This document shows positions 40,429 through 48,997 of a stretch of DNA of 64,000 bases, piece after piece. A model generated the notes under the pieces. The model was not told the DNA's origin. It made no database searches and worked only from the letters and a program-made list of their open reading frames with translations. Each line of letters opens with the position of its first letter. Position 1 is the stretch's first letter. The stretch lies in IMG/VR virus record IMGVR_UViG_3300042922_001471; one strand, given 5' to 3'. The translations under genes were made by a program, and so were the position numbers. The DNA is from an uncultured virus (IMG/VR IMGVR_UViG_3300042922_001471). Lineage: Duplodnaviria; Heunggongvirae; Uroviricota; Caudoviricetes.

Positions 40429-42120
40429 ATGGAGGTAATAAAATTAATGTATAAAGGTATTTGTAAATCTGGGATTGTAATATCATTATTACTTCTTCTG
40501 ATATTAATTACACCACAATTTTCTTTCGCAGAAACAAAATCACAAGATATAAATTTATTAGTCGGAGAAATATTAGATGTTAATGCTGTAATATCAACAA
40601 TAGAAGAACAAAAAGATATTAGGACACTTGAAATTCAGTGGAGTGTAAAAGATTATAAAATTGCAAGTATTGATAGGCAAGGAAGATTAATAGGAAGAAA
40701 AGAAGGGTCAACAGTTGTAACTGCAAAGATTGAGAATAGTAAAGTCAAGGCTTCGTTTAATATAAATGTTTATTCCACTGTAACTGGTATGTCTTTAGAT
40801 AAACATGAACTTGAATTAGGAATTGGACAAACAGATACTTTAACAGCAAATGTTACCCCTTTAACTGCATTTAGTAAAGCAGTTATTTGGGAATCTTCAA
40901 ATGATTATGTTGTTTCAGTTAATGGCAATGGCGGTTTAAAAGGTTTAAAAGAAGGAAGGGCTACAGTCACAGCTACTACTTTTGATGGTAGATTTATTGA
41001 CAGATGTGAAATTATAGTTAAACCGATGGTTCAAGGTATGAAAATTATTGAAAATAAAATCATCTTAAATATTAATGAATCAAAAAATTTATCAGTCATT
41101 GTATATCCATTAGAGGCTTATGATAAAACTATACTATATTCATTAAGTAATTCTGAAATAGTTAAAGTTGATAAAAAAGGAAAAGTAACTGCAGTAAAAG
41201 AGGGTACTACAAAAATTTTCCTAAAAACTTTAGACGGGAATTTTAAAGGATATATAGATATAGAAGTTGTTTTAGAAATTGATGAAATATTCATAATGAA
41301 TAAAGAAAGTGAGGTGATTAATTTTGCAAATCTAAAAGCAGGCGAAATTATAAATATAAAAGTTACAAGTAACAGAACAAATCCAAATTCTTTAAATGGA
41401 TATAAAATAGAATGGACAAGCTCTGATTCTAAAATTGCAAGGATAGGTTCAAAAGGAAATGTATTGGGCGTATCAGAGGGAATTGCAACAATAACAGGCA
41501 CATTATACCAAGATAAGCAAAAAGCAAAAGTTGATTTAATAGTAAAAGTAAAATCAACAGTAAATGCTGTTACTTTAGATAAGACATATGTTGAAATGAG
41601 AGCTGGAGAAGAAATAGATATAATGCCAACAGTTTATCCTCTTGATGCATATAATAAAGACATTATTTGGACTTCAAGCGATAGGACTATAGCAAAAGTT
41701 ATAAAAGATAAAATAGTTGCACTTAAAGATGGTGAAGTTACATTATCTGCAACTACAAAAGATGGCGAATATACTGCAACTTGTAATGTAGTAGTATTAC
41801 CTTCTATTACTTCTATTACAGTGCCAGAAACAGATTTAACTATGTATCTTGGAGATATTTATAAGTTTACACCAACTATTACGCCTGATGATGCACTTGT
41901 AAAAAGCACTAAATTTGATGTGTCAAATAAAAATATAATTAAAGTGGGAAAAGATAGAAAAAATAATTATAAAATTGAAGCTATCGCTAAAGGAAAATCA
42001 AAAATAACCATCACAACATTTGACGGTAATAAATCTGTAAAAATAAATGTAAATGTTGTTCAAAGGGATTTTTCTTTAAAGATTTACGACTCTAATGGTA
42101 ATCTCATAACAGAAAATTAA
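40429..42120 (+). CDS. secreted protein with ~6 bacterial Ig-like (Big_2) repeats
   Basis: signal peptide; repeated WxSSDxxIAxV..GxVxAxxEGxxTITATT.DG. Confidence 0.9.
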   Translation: MEVIKLMYKGICKSGIVISLLLLLILITPQFSFAETKSQDINLLVGEILDVNAVISTIEEQKDIRTLEIQWSVKDYKIASIDRQGRLIGRKEGSTVVTAKIENSKVKASFNINVYSTVTGMSLDKHELELGIGQTDTLTANVTPLTAFSKAVIWESSNDYVVSVNGNGGLKGLKEGRATVTATTFDGRFIDRCEIIVKPMVQGMKIIENKIILNINESKNLSVIVYPLEAYDKTILYSLSNSEIVKVDKKGKVTAVKEGTTKIFLKTLDGNFKGYIDIEVVLEIDEIFIMNKESEVINFANLKAGEIINIKVTSNRTNPNSLNGYKIEWTSSDSKIARIGSKGNVLGVSEGIATITGTLYQDKQKAKVDLIVKVKSTVNAVTLDKTYVEMRAGEEIDIMPTVYPLDAYNKDIIWTSSDRTIAKVIKDKIVALKDGEVTLSATTKDGEYTATCNVVVLPSITSITVPETDLTMYLGDIYKFTPTITPDDALVKSTKFDVSNKNIIKVGKDRKNNYKIEAIAKGKSKITITTFDGNKSVKINVNVVQRDFSLKIYDSNGNLITEN

Positions 42121-42228
42121 TCAAAAATTATTAACACCCAGAATTAATGGGTGTTAATAATTTTTGATTTTTTATTTTGTAAATTATACTTGACAAATTA
42201 AAAATATCGTGATATATATTATATATGA

Positions 42229-42273
42229 CCACTATATATAGTAAAATAAAAATATTAATTCTATATATAGTAG
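42229..42273. promoter_or_regulatory. tandem NrdR-box-like palindromes
   Basis: CCACTATATATAGTAA (42229-44) and ATTCTATATATAGTAG (42258-73) just downstream of a TTGACA promoter (42190). Confidence 0.4.
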
Positions 42274-42307
42274 ATAGAAATTCAGAATAAGTTAGGGGGA
42301 TAATAAA

Positions 42308-42409
42308 ATGGCTATATTATCTAAAATACAAACTAAAGATTTTGCAATTGACATGATAGTATTGTTAGCAGGTGTTTTCTTTGGATATGTTATTATTCAA
42401 TTATTTTAA
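42308..42409 (+). CDS. 33-aa single-TM peptide
   Basis: AGGGGG SD; MAILSKIQTKDFAIDMIVLLAGVFFGYVIIQLF. Confidence 0.6.
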   Translation: MAILSKIQTKDFAIDMIVLLAGVFFGYVIIQLF

Positions 42410-42433
42410 TAAAAGTGAGGAATTTAAAGCACT

Positions 42434-42607
42434 ATGACGATAAAAGATATTAGAGAAAAGGTTACGACTGAGATGATTGAATTTTGCAATAATAATTTTT
42501 TTATTATAACTTGTAATGAATGTAGGTATTTTGAAAATTGTAAAACCTTTACATGCTCTGATAATAATATTAATACATTAATACTGCCAATGGAGTTTAA
42601 AACATAA
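42434..42607 (+). CDS. 57-aa Cys-rich protein
   Basis: GAGG SD; FC...TCNECRYFENCKTFTCS. Confidence 0.5.
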   Translation: MTIKDIREKVTTEMIEFCNNNFFIITCNECRYFENCKTFTCSDNNINTLILPMEFKT

Positions 42608-42884
42608 CTCCAATGATTAACTTTAGTCAACATACATGAATAGACATCTGGTGTTTAAACATTACAATAGATGTCTGTATTTTTTTACAAATGGACAAAT
42701 CCCGCCATTTTTTTAATATTATACATACAAAGTATATAAAAGGTATATACATTTTTATAATATTTATTAATGTATTTTTACTTTTTTGCATAATTAGTTG
42801 AATTTTATTATTTATAGTTGACATTATTTTTATTAAAGTATATCATTAGATGAAAACGTTACATCGAATATCGGGGGCAATTAA

Positions 42885-43613
42885 ATGACTAAAGAAACTA
42901 ACCATAAGTTTTTTTTGCATTTTTTGACAGAATGGAAAACTTCTCTTATTTCCTCTCTGTTTGGATTAATTATTGGTATTATAATTAGTAAAATACATTT
43001 AATAATAAATGAACAAAATCTAAATTTATTATGCTTTATAATAATATTTTTATTGACCTTATTGGGATACACTAATGGAGTTATTATCAATCATTTAGTT
43101 AAATATATATATATTGATACTATTACTAACCTAAATAATCGAAATTATTTTAATATGATGTTTTCACAAGTTATAAAAAAAACTAAAAATAAAAAGTGCA
43201 ATTGTTCAATAGCAATTATTGATATTGATAACTTTAAAATAATAAATGATACCTTTGGACATGCAGAAGGTGACAATGTATTAAAAATGGTATCAACTAT
43301 TATTAAAAATAATGTTCGAAAAAATGATGTAGTTGTAAGATATGGTGGGGATGAATTTGCCATAATATTTTTCGACATATCTTCTGAAGGTGCTTATCAG
43401 ATAGCCGAAAGAGTACGACAAGCTGTTAATGTTAACGAATTTTTCATAAATAAAACAAAAATAAATCTTACTATAAGTGTTGGAATTGTTTCCACAGAGC
43501 AAACTTCGGACATGCCAAATATAATGCTTCTGGCAGATAAATGTCTTTATACTGCTAAAAAGTCTAAAAACATGGTTTATGAATTAAACGTAAAACTTGC
43601 AACTGTAAATTAA
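42885..43613 (+). CDS. membrane-anchored diguanylate cyclase (GGDEF)
   Basis: 2 TM helices; DIDNFKIINDTFGH, RKND I-site, RYGGDEF. Confidence 0.95.
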   Translation: MTKETNHKFFLHFLTEWKTSLISSLFGLIIGIIISKIHLIINEQNLNLLCFIIIFLLTLLGYTNGVIINHLVKYIYIDTITNLNNRNYFNMMFSQVIKKTKNKKCNCSIAIIDIDNFKIINDTFGHAEGDNVLKMVSTIIKNNVRKNDVVVRYGGDEFAIIFFDISSEGAYQIAERVRQAVNVNEFFINKTKINLTISVGIVSTEQTSDMPNIMLLADKCLYTAKKSKNMVYELNVKLATVN

Positions 43614-43618
43614 AAAAA

Positions 43619-43655
43619 AATAGGTTACTTGCAATTATTACAAGTAACCTATTTT
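43619..43655. terminator. bidirectional intrinsic terminator
   Basis: AATAGGTTACTTG/CAAGTAACCTATT stem between convergent genes. Confidence 0.8.
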
Positions 43656-44324
43656 TTATTTTAAAATATTCAAATTTGCTTTATCCATAAATTCTTTTAA
43701 ACTACATCTTTTACTACTTAGAGTATCTATAACTTCTCCTCTGGTATAGTTGTAAGTTCTTCGTGATTCAGCTCTATCTCCTGTACCAACTTGACTACTT
43801 CTTGATTTGTTGAGCTTCTCAATCCTTTTATTTTCTTCAAATTTTTGAATTTTACTATAAAGTATTTCTATTGCAACATCTTTATTTTGATGTTGAGACC
43901 TCTCATTTTCGCAACATACAACAATTCCAGTCGGAATATGTGTAATTCTTACTGCTGAATCTGTTGTATTTCGGTGCTGTCCACCTGCTCCAGAACCTCT
44001 ATAGTTATCTACTCTTATATCATTTCTATTTATTTCTATTTTTTTATTTTGCTGTACTTGTAAAATTACAATAGAAACAGTTGAAGTATGAAGTTTCCCT
44101 TTTGAAACTCTTTGCACTTTATGAATACCTTCTTCTGAAATAAAAGGGTTTATAAATTCAGTCTTTCCTTCAATCATAATTACCTTTGTCTTTCCATCAG
44201 AAACAAATTCTACTTTCATATTATTTTTTCTTGCATATTTTAAATATACACTAAGGAGTTCATTTGCAAAATCCATTGCTTCCTCTCCCCCTGTACATGC
44301 TCTAACTTCTAAATATATTTTCAT
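43656..44324 (-). CDS. truncated RF1-like peptide chain release factor (no domain 1, GGQ intact)
   Basis: LEVRACTGGEEA, EEGIHKVQRV, HTST, GSGAGGQHRNTTDSAVRITHIPTG, ERSQHQNK, GDRAESRRTYN. Confidence 0.92.
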   Translation of the reverse strand: MKIYLEVRACTGGEEAMDFANELLSVYLKYARKNNMKVEFVSDGKTKVIMIEGKTEFINPFISEEGIHKVQRVSKGKLHTSTVSIVILQVQQNKKIEINRNDIRVDNYRGSGAGGQHRNTTDSAVRITHIPTGIVVCCENERSQHQNKDVAIEILYSKIQKFEENKRIEKLNKSRSSQVGTGDRAESRRTYNYTRGEVIDTLSSKRCSLKEFMDKANLNILK

Positions 44325-44472
44325 TATTTACCTCCTCTAAATTTTAAAATTTTATTTTTAATAAAAGAGAAAGTACCTAATGCATATTTTGTAATTCGTA
44401 TATAAAAATTCAAATTTTCAAACAATCACTCCCTTCAATTATTATTATATTATATTAAAATTTTTTTGTCAA
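44322..44472 (-). promoter_or_regulatory. promoter, mini-uORF and SD/AUG-sequestering hairpin of the RF-like gene
   Basis: TTGACA(44472-67)-17-TATAAT(44449-44); GGAG-7nt-TTG AAA ATT TGA (44421-44410); arm 44382-44366 pairs with 44338-44322. Confidence 0.7.
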
Positions 44473-44767
44473 TTTTATTTTACTTTAAATATGTTTAAAG
44501 ATTCTGCTAAAGAACTTTTTAATTTTATTTTTTTAAAAAAGATTTCAAAATAAACTTAACTTTAATATATATTAGCCGATAAATTAACTGTTAAAGAGCT
44601 GTGAATAAAGAAATTCTAATAAGTTTTGTATGAATTTGCACTATTATATTTTATTTTATCTAAAACAGGATTATTATATAATAGTAAATTTTTATTTACT
44701 TTTTGCATGAAATATTATATAATTGTTTTAGACTTAATTTAAATCTATAAGAAAGGAAAAAGCACAA

Positions 44768-45589
44768 ATGAAAAATAAAAAAATCGTATTTACTGTAATA
44801 ATACTAATAATACTTGTTTCTCTTTTAGCTATCTATCTATTGAAGGATTCAGCGAATAAAGACAAAGAAATAAACTCAGCACCTATAGAAGAACAATTGC
44901 CTAATAAGGAAATTTCAAACGAAGATAAACCCCAAGAATTAATTAATTTAGAATCAAAATTTGAAAAAATAAATAATTTAGAATACACAATTTTACGAAA
45001 TGAAATAGTTGATTCTAAAGAAGCTAACGGTAAGAACTTATTGTTTGATATACTAATTTCTAATGAAATGACTGATGACCAAATAATTACCATTGGCAAG
45101 GAAATAACTAAATTAGCGATAGAAAATAACAACTTAGTTGAAGTGAATTTTAATGTATTCACATCTGAAGATAGCTTTAAAATAACATTAGAAGATAATT
45201 ATAATTTCCAACCTATAAATGGTTTAGAAGCAAGTTTTCTTTTATCACGTCAAAATGAATCAAATATCGTTAATTTTAAAAAATATATGTCATACAATAT
45301 TGACACCCCTTATGCTGACTTAGATTATGAATTTATCAATGCTATAAAATCGGAAGATGGGAAACATTTAGAAACTTCTATGTTAATCACTTCAAGTGGG
45401 ACAGATGCTGATATTTGGAATATGTCTAATGTATTTAAAGATATAATAAAAGACATTAATGTAGGAGCTGAGACGCTAAATATAAATGTATTTTTAAATT
45501 TAGCTGATTATCAAGCACATAATGTTGCTTATAAATACACAAACATATCGCCTGATTTTTTAACAAAACAAACATTATTCACTTATTAA
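44768..45589 (+). CDS. membrane-anchored exported protein
   Basis: N-terminal TM helix; two loosely repeated extracellular modules. Confidence 0.8.
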   Translation: MKNKKIVFTVIILIILVSLLAIYLLKDSANKDKEINSAPIEEQLPNKEISNEDKPQELINLESKFEKINNLEYTILRNEIVDSKEANGKNLLFDILISNEMTDDQIITIGKEITKLAIENNNLVEVNFNVFTSEDSFKITLEDNYNFQPINGLEASFLLSRQNESNIVNFKKYMSYNIDTPYADLDYEFINAIKSEDGKHLETSMLITSSGTDADIWNMSNVFKDIIKDINVGAETLNINVFLNLADYQAHNVAYKYTNISPDFLTKQTLFTY

Positions 45590-45739
45590 GTAAAAGTGCT
45601 CAGTAATTTTCTATTAAGTAGCAAGGGATAACACAAATCCTTGCTATTTTTATTGTTTTAACATATCTTTCATATTTTGTTTGACTGAATTTTAATTTTA
45701 ATGTATTCTTAAAGTTATACAGCTAAAGGAGATGAGAAA

Positions 45740-46546
45740 TTGAAAAATTTAGATTTAAAAATAAATTCTGAAAATTCATTTAAATTCATTACTGATAAAA
45801 ATAAAATTTCATTTTTAGTATGTATATCAAATGATGATTATAATGAATTTTTGAAAAAAGAGGTGCTAAATTTTTCTATTGAGTTCAATGAAATTTCCTC
45901 TTTAGTATTAAAGTTACAGCTAATTGGGACTAAACGAAACACAATATTAGTGATTGAAATACCTGAGTCATATAAATCAAACGTAAAAATTCAAAATTAT
46001 CTTAATATACTATTAAATCAAAAAACTGTTAATATATGTATTACAAATACGGTAGGCAATAAAGTTATAAAGAAAACAACATTGTTAAAAAGTGAGATGA
46101 CTAATATAAGTAAATTTTTAGACAAAGATGTTCACTCAGACATTGTATTTAGTTTAGAAGAAATATTTGATTTATTACCTTTAGGAATATTGTCTCCATG
46201 TGGTAAAGATAAATCCTTATGGTTTATATTAAAAATCTCAGATACAATTTATGATAATATTAAAATTAATAGCTATTCTGACATAAATCTAAAAGTTGAA
46301 ATAATTCGCAAAAGAACTATTGTTTTATCATTATATTTAAATGAAAATGTAATTGGAAAAATGCAAATTGCTAACACCCAAGTAACCCAAGATATAATAA
46401 ATGATTTTCAAACAATATTAAGCTATGAAAAAATAACATTCTTTTTAAATAAAGAACTTGGAAATGATACTACTTTGATTAGCTTTTCATTAGCATTAAA
46501 CTTTAGAAATAAATTACTATTGCAACATTTTTTTAAAATAAACTAA
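45740..46546 (+). CDS. hypothetical protein
   Basis: 268 aa, AAGGAG SD, TTG start. Confidence 0.75.
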   Translation: MKNLDLKINSENSFKFITDKNKISFLVCISNDDYNEFLKKEVLNFSIEFNEISSLVLKLQLIGTKRNTILVIEIPESYKSNVKIQNYLNILLNQKTVNICITNTVGNKVIKKTTLLKSEMTNISKFLDKDVHSDIVFSLEEIFDLLPLGILSPCGKDKSLWFILKISDTIYDNIKINSYSDINLKVEIIRKRTIVLSLYLNENVIGKMQIANTQVTQDIINDFQTILSYEKITFFLNKELGNDTTLISFSLALNFRNKLLLQHFFKIN

Positions 46547-46575
46547 TAAAAAAGAGCATTTAATTTATGCTCTTT

Positions 46576-46734
46576 TTATTTTCTTGTAATAATCAAATAT
46601 TCGCCATCAACAATCATCATATAGTTTACCCAGTAGTTTATTGTTAATAATTCATATTCTCTTTTTGAAAATTCTTTTTTCTTTATTCTAATAGTTTGCC
46701 CATGATTAATGTCCTTAACACGAATTAACGCCAT
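46576..46734 (-). CDS. 52-aa hypothetical protein
   Basis: MALIRVKDINHGQTIRIKKKEF...; AAGGT SD; ends at a terminator. Confidence 0.55.
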   Translation of the reverse strand: MALIRVKDINHGQTIRIKKKEFSKREYELLTINYWVNYMMIVDGEYLIITRK

Positions 46735-46749
46735 ATATATACCTTTTGA

Positions 46750-47208
46750 TTACATTGCCAAAGGAAGATATTCAAGCTCTTTCTTTAAATCCGCAATTCT
46801 TTCTTTAAATGATTCAATATCAGCATAAAATGGATAACAGTCTATGTCGTCACCTTCAATATATGCTCTTCCATTTTCACTTAATCTAAAGCACTTTGCT
46901 CCATAATAATCATAACCAGGGATTAACTGTGGAATACTTTCTAAAACAAGTTCTTCAAATAATTTATTATACACTCGACAGAATAAGTGATAATCAATAT
47001 TATTTATACCTCTCTCCTTTAATGTTAGCAAATTATCCTCGAAATATTTAGAAACAATATCAGTTTCTCTGTATTGCTTTAAATCTCTAAATGCTCTAAC
47101 TGCTTTATGCTTATACATAATATCAGCTTTATGATATATATGTATTGGAGCTACTAAGTTAAATAATCTCTCCTTTGTAATATGTAACAATTTTTTTGTA
47201 CTTTTCAT
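46750..47208 (-). CDS. hypothetical protein
   Basis: 152 aa, AGGAG SD. Confidence 0.75.
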   Translation of the reverse strand: MKSTKKLLHITKERLFNLVAPIHIYHKADIMYKHKAVRAFRDLKQYRETDIVSKYFEDNLLTLKERGINNIDYHLFCRVYNKLFEELVLESIPQLIPGYDYYGAKCFRLSENGRAYIEGDDIDCYPFYADIESFKERIADLKKELEYLPLAM

Positions 47209-47455
47209 TATATGAATTTCCTCCTATTGATTTAATTTTATATAAAATCCTTTTTTATATTTCATAGTTTATTATATTCAGTGATGTTGAAATAAATAAA
47301 AGTGTTTTCAAAGCTTCCTAAAACAATTTTAAGAAACATTTTAGACATATTGGCATTATCCCTCATAAGAATATATAATTTTCATTATTTGCCAGTTAAA
47401 GCTGTTTGTAGTGAAAATAGAAAGAGGTTTCAATATTGAAACCTCTTTCTCATAA

Positions 47456-48205
47456 TTATTTAAATGATTCATCTACAATCTTCTTTTCAATTACAAATTG
47501 TAATTCTTGAAGTCTTGGCAAAATTAATGATTTAATATTCGTAATTTTTTCGTAAATGTCTATATAATCTACATTTTTTGCTTCTACAATTTGTTCCCTT
47601 AAATCTTCTATAGCCTGCTCTTTAGATTTAATCAACTTTTCTAAATCTTCGTAATAACTTTTATTTGAAAAAAGAAATTTTAATAATTTTGATTTGAATT
47701 TTGATTTAAACTTTTCCTTAATGTATTCAAGGCTTTTATCCATCTCTACTAATTTTCTTTCCTTTTCTAAAATGATATTTTCCTGAAATTGTTGAGCTTT
47801 TGTAAATTCTTTTATCCCATCATAATCAATAATAGTTTTATTTGAAAAATCTATTTCAAACATAGAATGTTCTGGACTTGATGAATGATTAGGCAAATAC
47901 TCAACCATTGGTATTTTAAAGTAAGGATAATGAATGACGCAGTGGTAATATCCAGCTTCTATTGCTATATCTTCTTTATCTAATCCAGCTAATAGTTCAT
48001 AAATAAACTCACATAAGGATTGTCCAACATTTTCTCTCATAAAAAAGGTATTACGATTATACTTTAATAAATAAAACATTTTATCTATATCATGATTAGT
48101 CTCAATATTATCTTGTATTTCACATATATCTTCTTTAAATTTCAAATAATCTTTGTTTATTAAAATATTTTCGTAAATTATCTTTGAAAAATTTATATTT
48201 GACAT
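47456..48205 (-). CDS. hypothetical coiled-coil protein
   Basis: 249 aa, AAGGAG SD. Confidence 0.75.
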   Translation of the reverse strand: MSNINFSKIIYENILINKDYLKFKEDICEIQDNIETNHDIDKMFYLLKYNRNTFFMRENVGQSLCEFIYELLAGLDKEDIAIEAGYYHCVIHYPYFKIPMVEYLPNHSSSPEHSMFEIDFSNKTIIDYDGIKEFTKAQQFQENIILEKERKLVEMDKSLEYIKEKFKSKFKSKLLKFLFSNKSYYEDLEKLIKSKEQAIEDLREQIVEAKNVDYIDIYEKITNIKSLILPRLQELQFVIEKKIVDESFK

Positions 48206-48236
48206 AACTTGTCTCCTTTTAAATATTTTTTATATT

Positions 48237-48827
48237 CTATTCAATATTACAAATAATATCATTTTCAATTTCTCTCCAATTGTAACTAATATCATTATTC
48301 TTTAACATTCCAATTTTAAATGTTGATTCGTCATCATAATCTTCAGAAGAATGGTCTCTAATCCATTCCAAATCTTCATCTTCACTATTTCCGAATGCTT
48401 CCTGAGTATATGAATTATATACATTGCCCTTTTCTGGAACATACCCACGCAAATTTTCACCATCCCAATAAATTATAAAGAACACTGGATATTCCCATTC
48501 AAACCCAGATAACGCTCCCAAAAATGTAAAACCGTTATCCAATGTTTGATATCCTATTAAACAATCATTGTCATCATTTTTTCTTTGATTTATAGTAATT
48601 TTATCAGTACCAAACCCAATTTTAGAAAGGTCTTCAGCAACAAGTGAATCATCCTCTATTAATGCATGAATAATGTATTTCTCTTTATTTAGAGAGTCTG
48701 GCTTGAATTTTTTACTTATTTCTTCATCTACATGTTCAAGTTTATAAAATTCCTCAACCATTTTTTGTTCTAACATTTCAACCGAAACCTCTATATTCTC
48801 TGTTACATATATATCCTCTTTATTCAT
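48237..48827 (-). CDS. hypothetical acidic protein
   Basis: 196 aa, AGGAGG SD; WEYPVFFIIYWDG..LRGYVP..GN motif. Confidence 0.8.
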   Translation of the reverse strand: MNKEDIYVTENIEVSVEMLEQKMVEEFYKLEHVDEEISKKFKPDSLNKEKYIIHALIEDDSLVAEDLSKIGFGTDKITINQRKNDDNDCLIGYQTLDNGFTFLGALSGFEWEYPVFFIIYWDGENLRGYVPEKGNVYNSYTQEAFGNSEDEDLEWIRDHSSEDYDDESTFKIGMLKNNDISYNWREIENDIICNIE

Positions 48828-48997
48828 ATTTTCCTCCTATAGTCATTCTGATATTTAATATAGTGCAGTATAGCATTATTAATGACTATAGTAAACATAT
48901 TATCGGTTGATTATTCCTTTATAATGTTTGACACTTTATTTACAATGAACAACAAAAAAAACTGATGATTAATCATCAGTCTTTTTTGTTAATTTAT

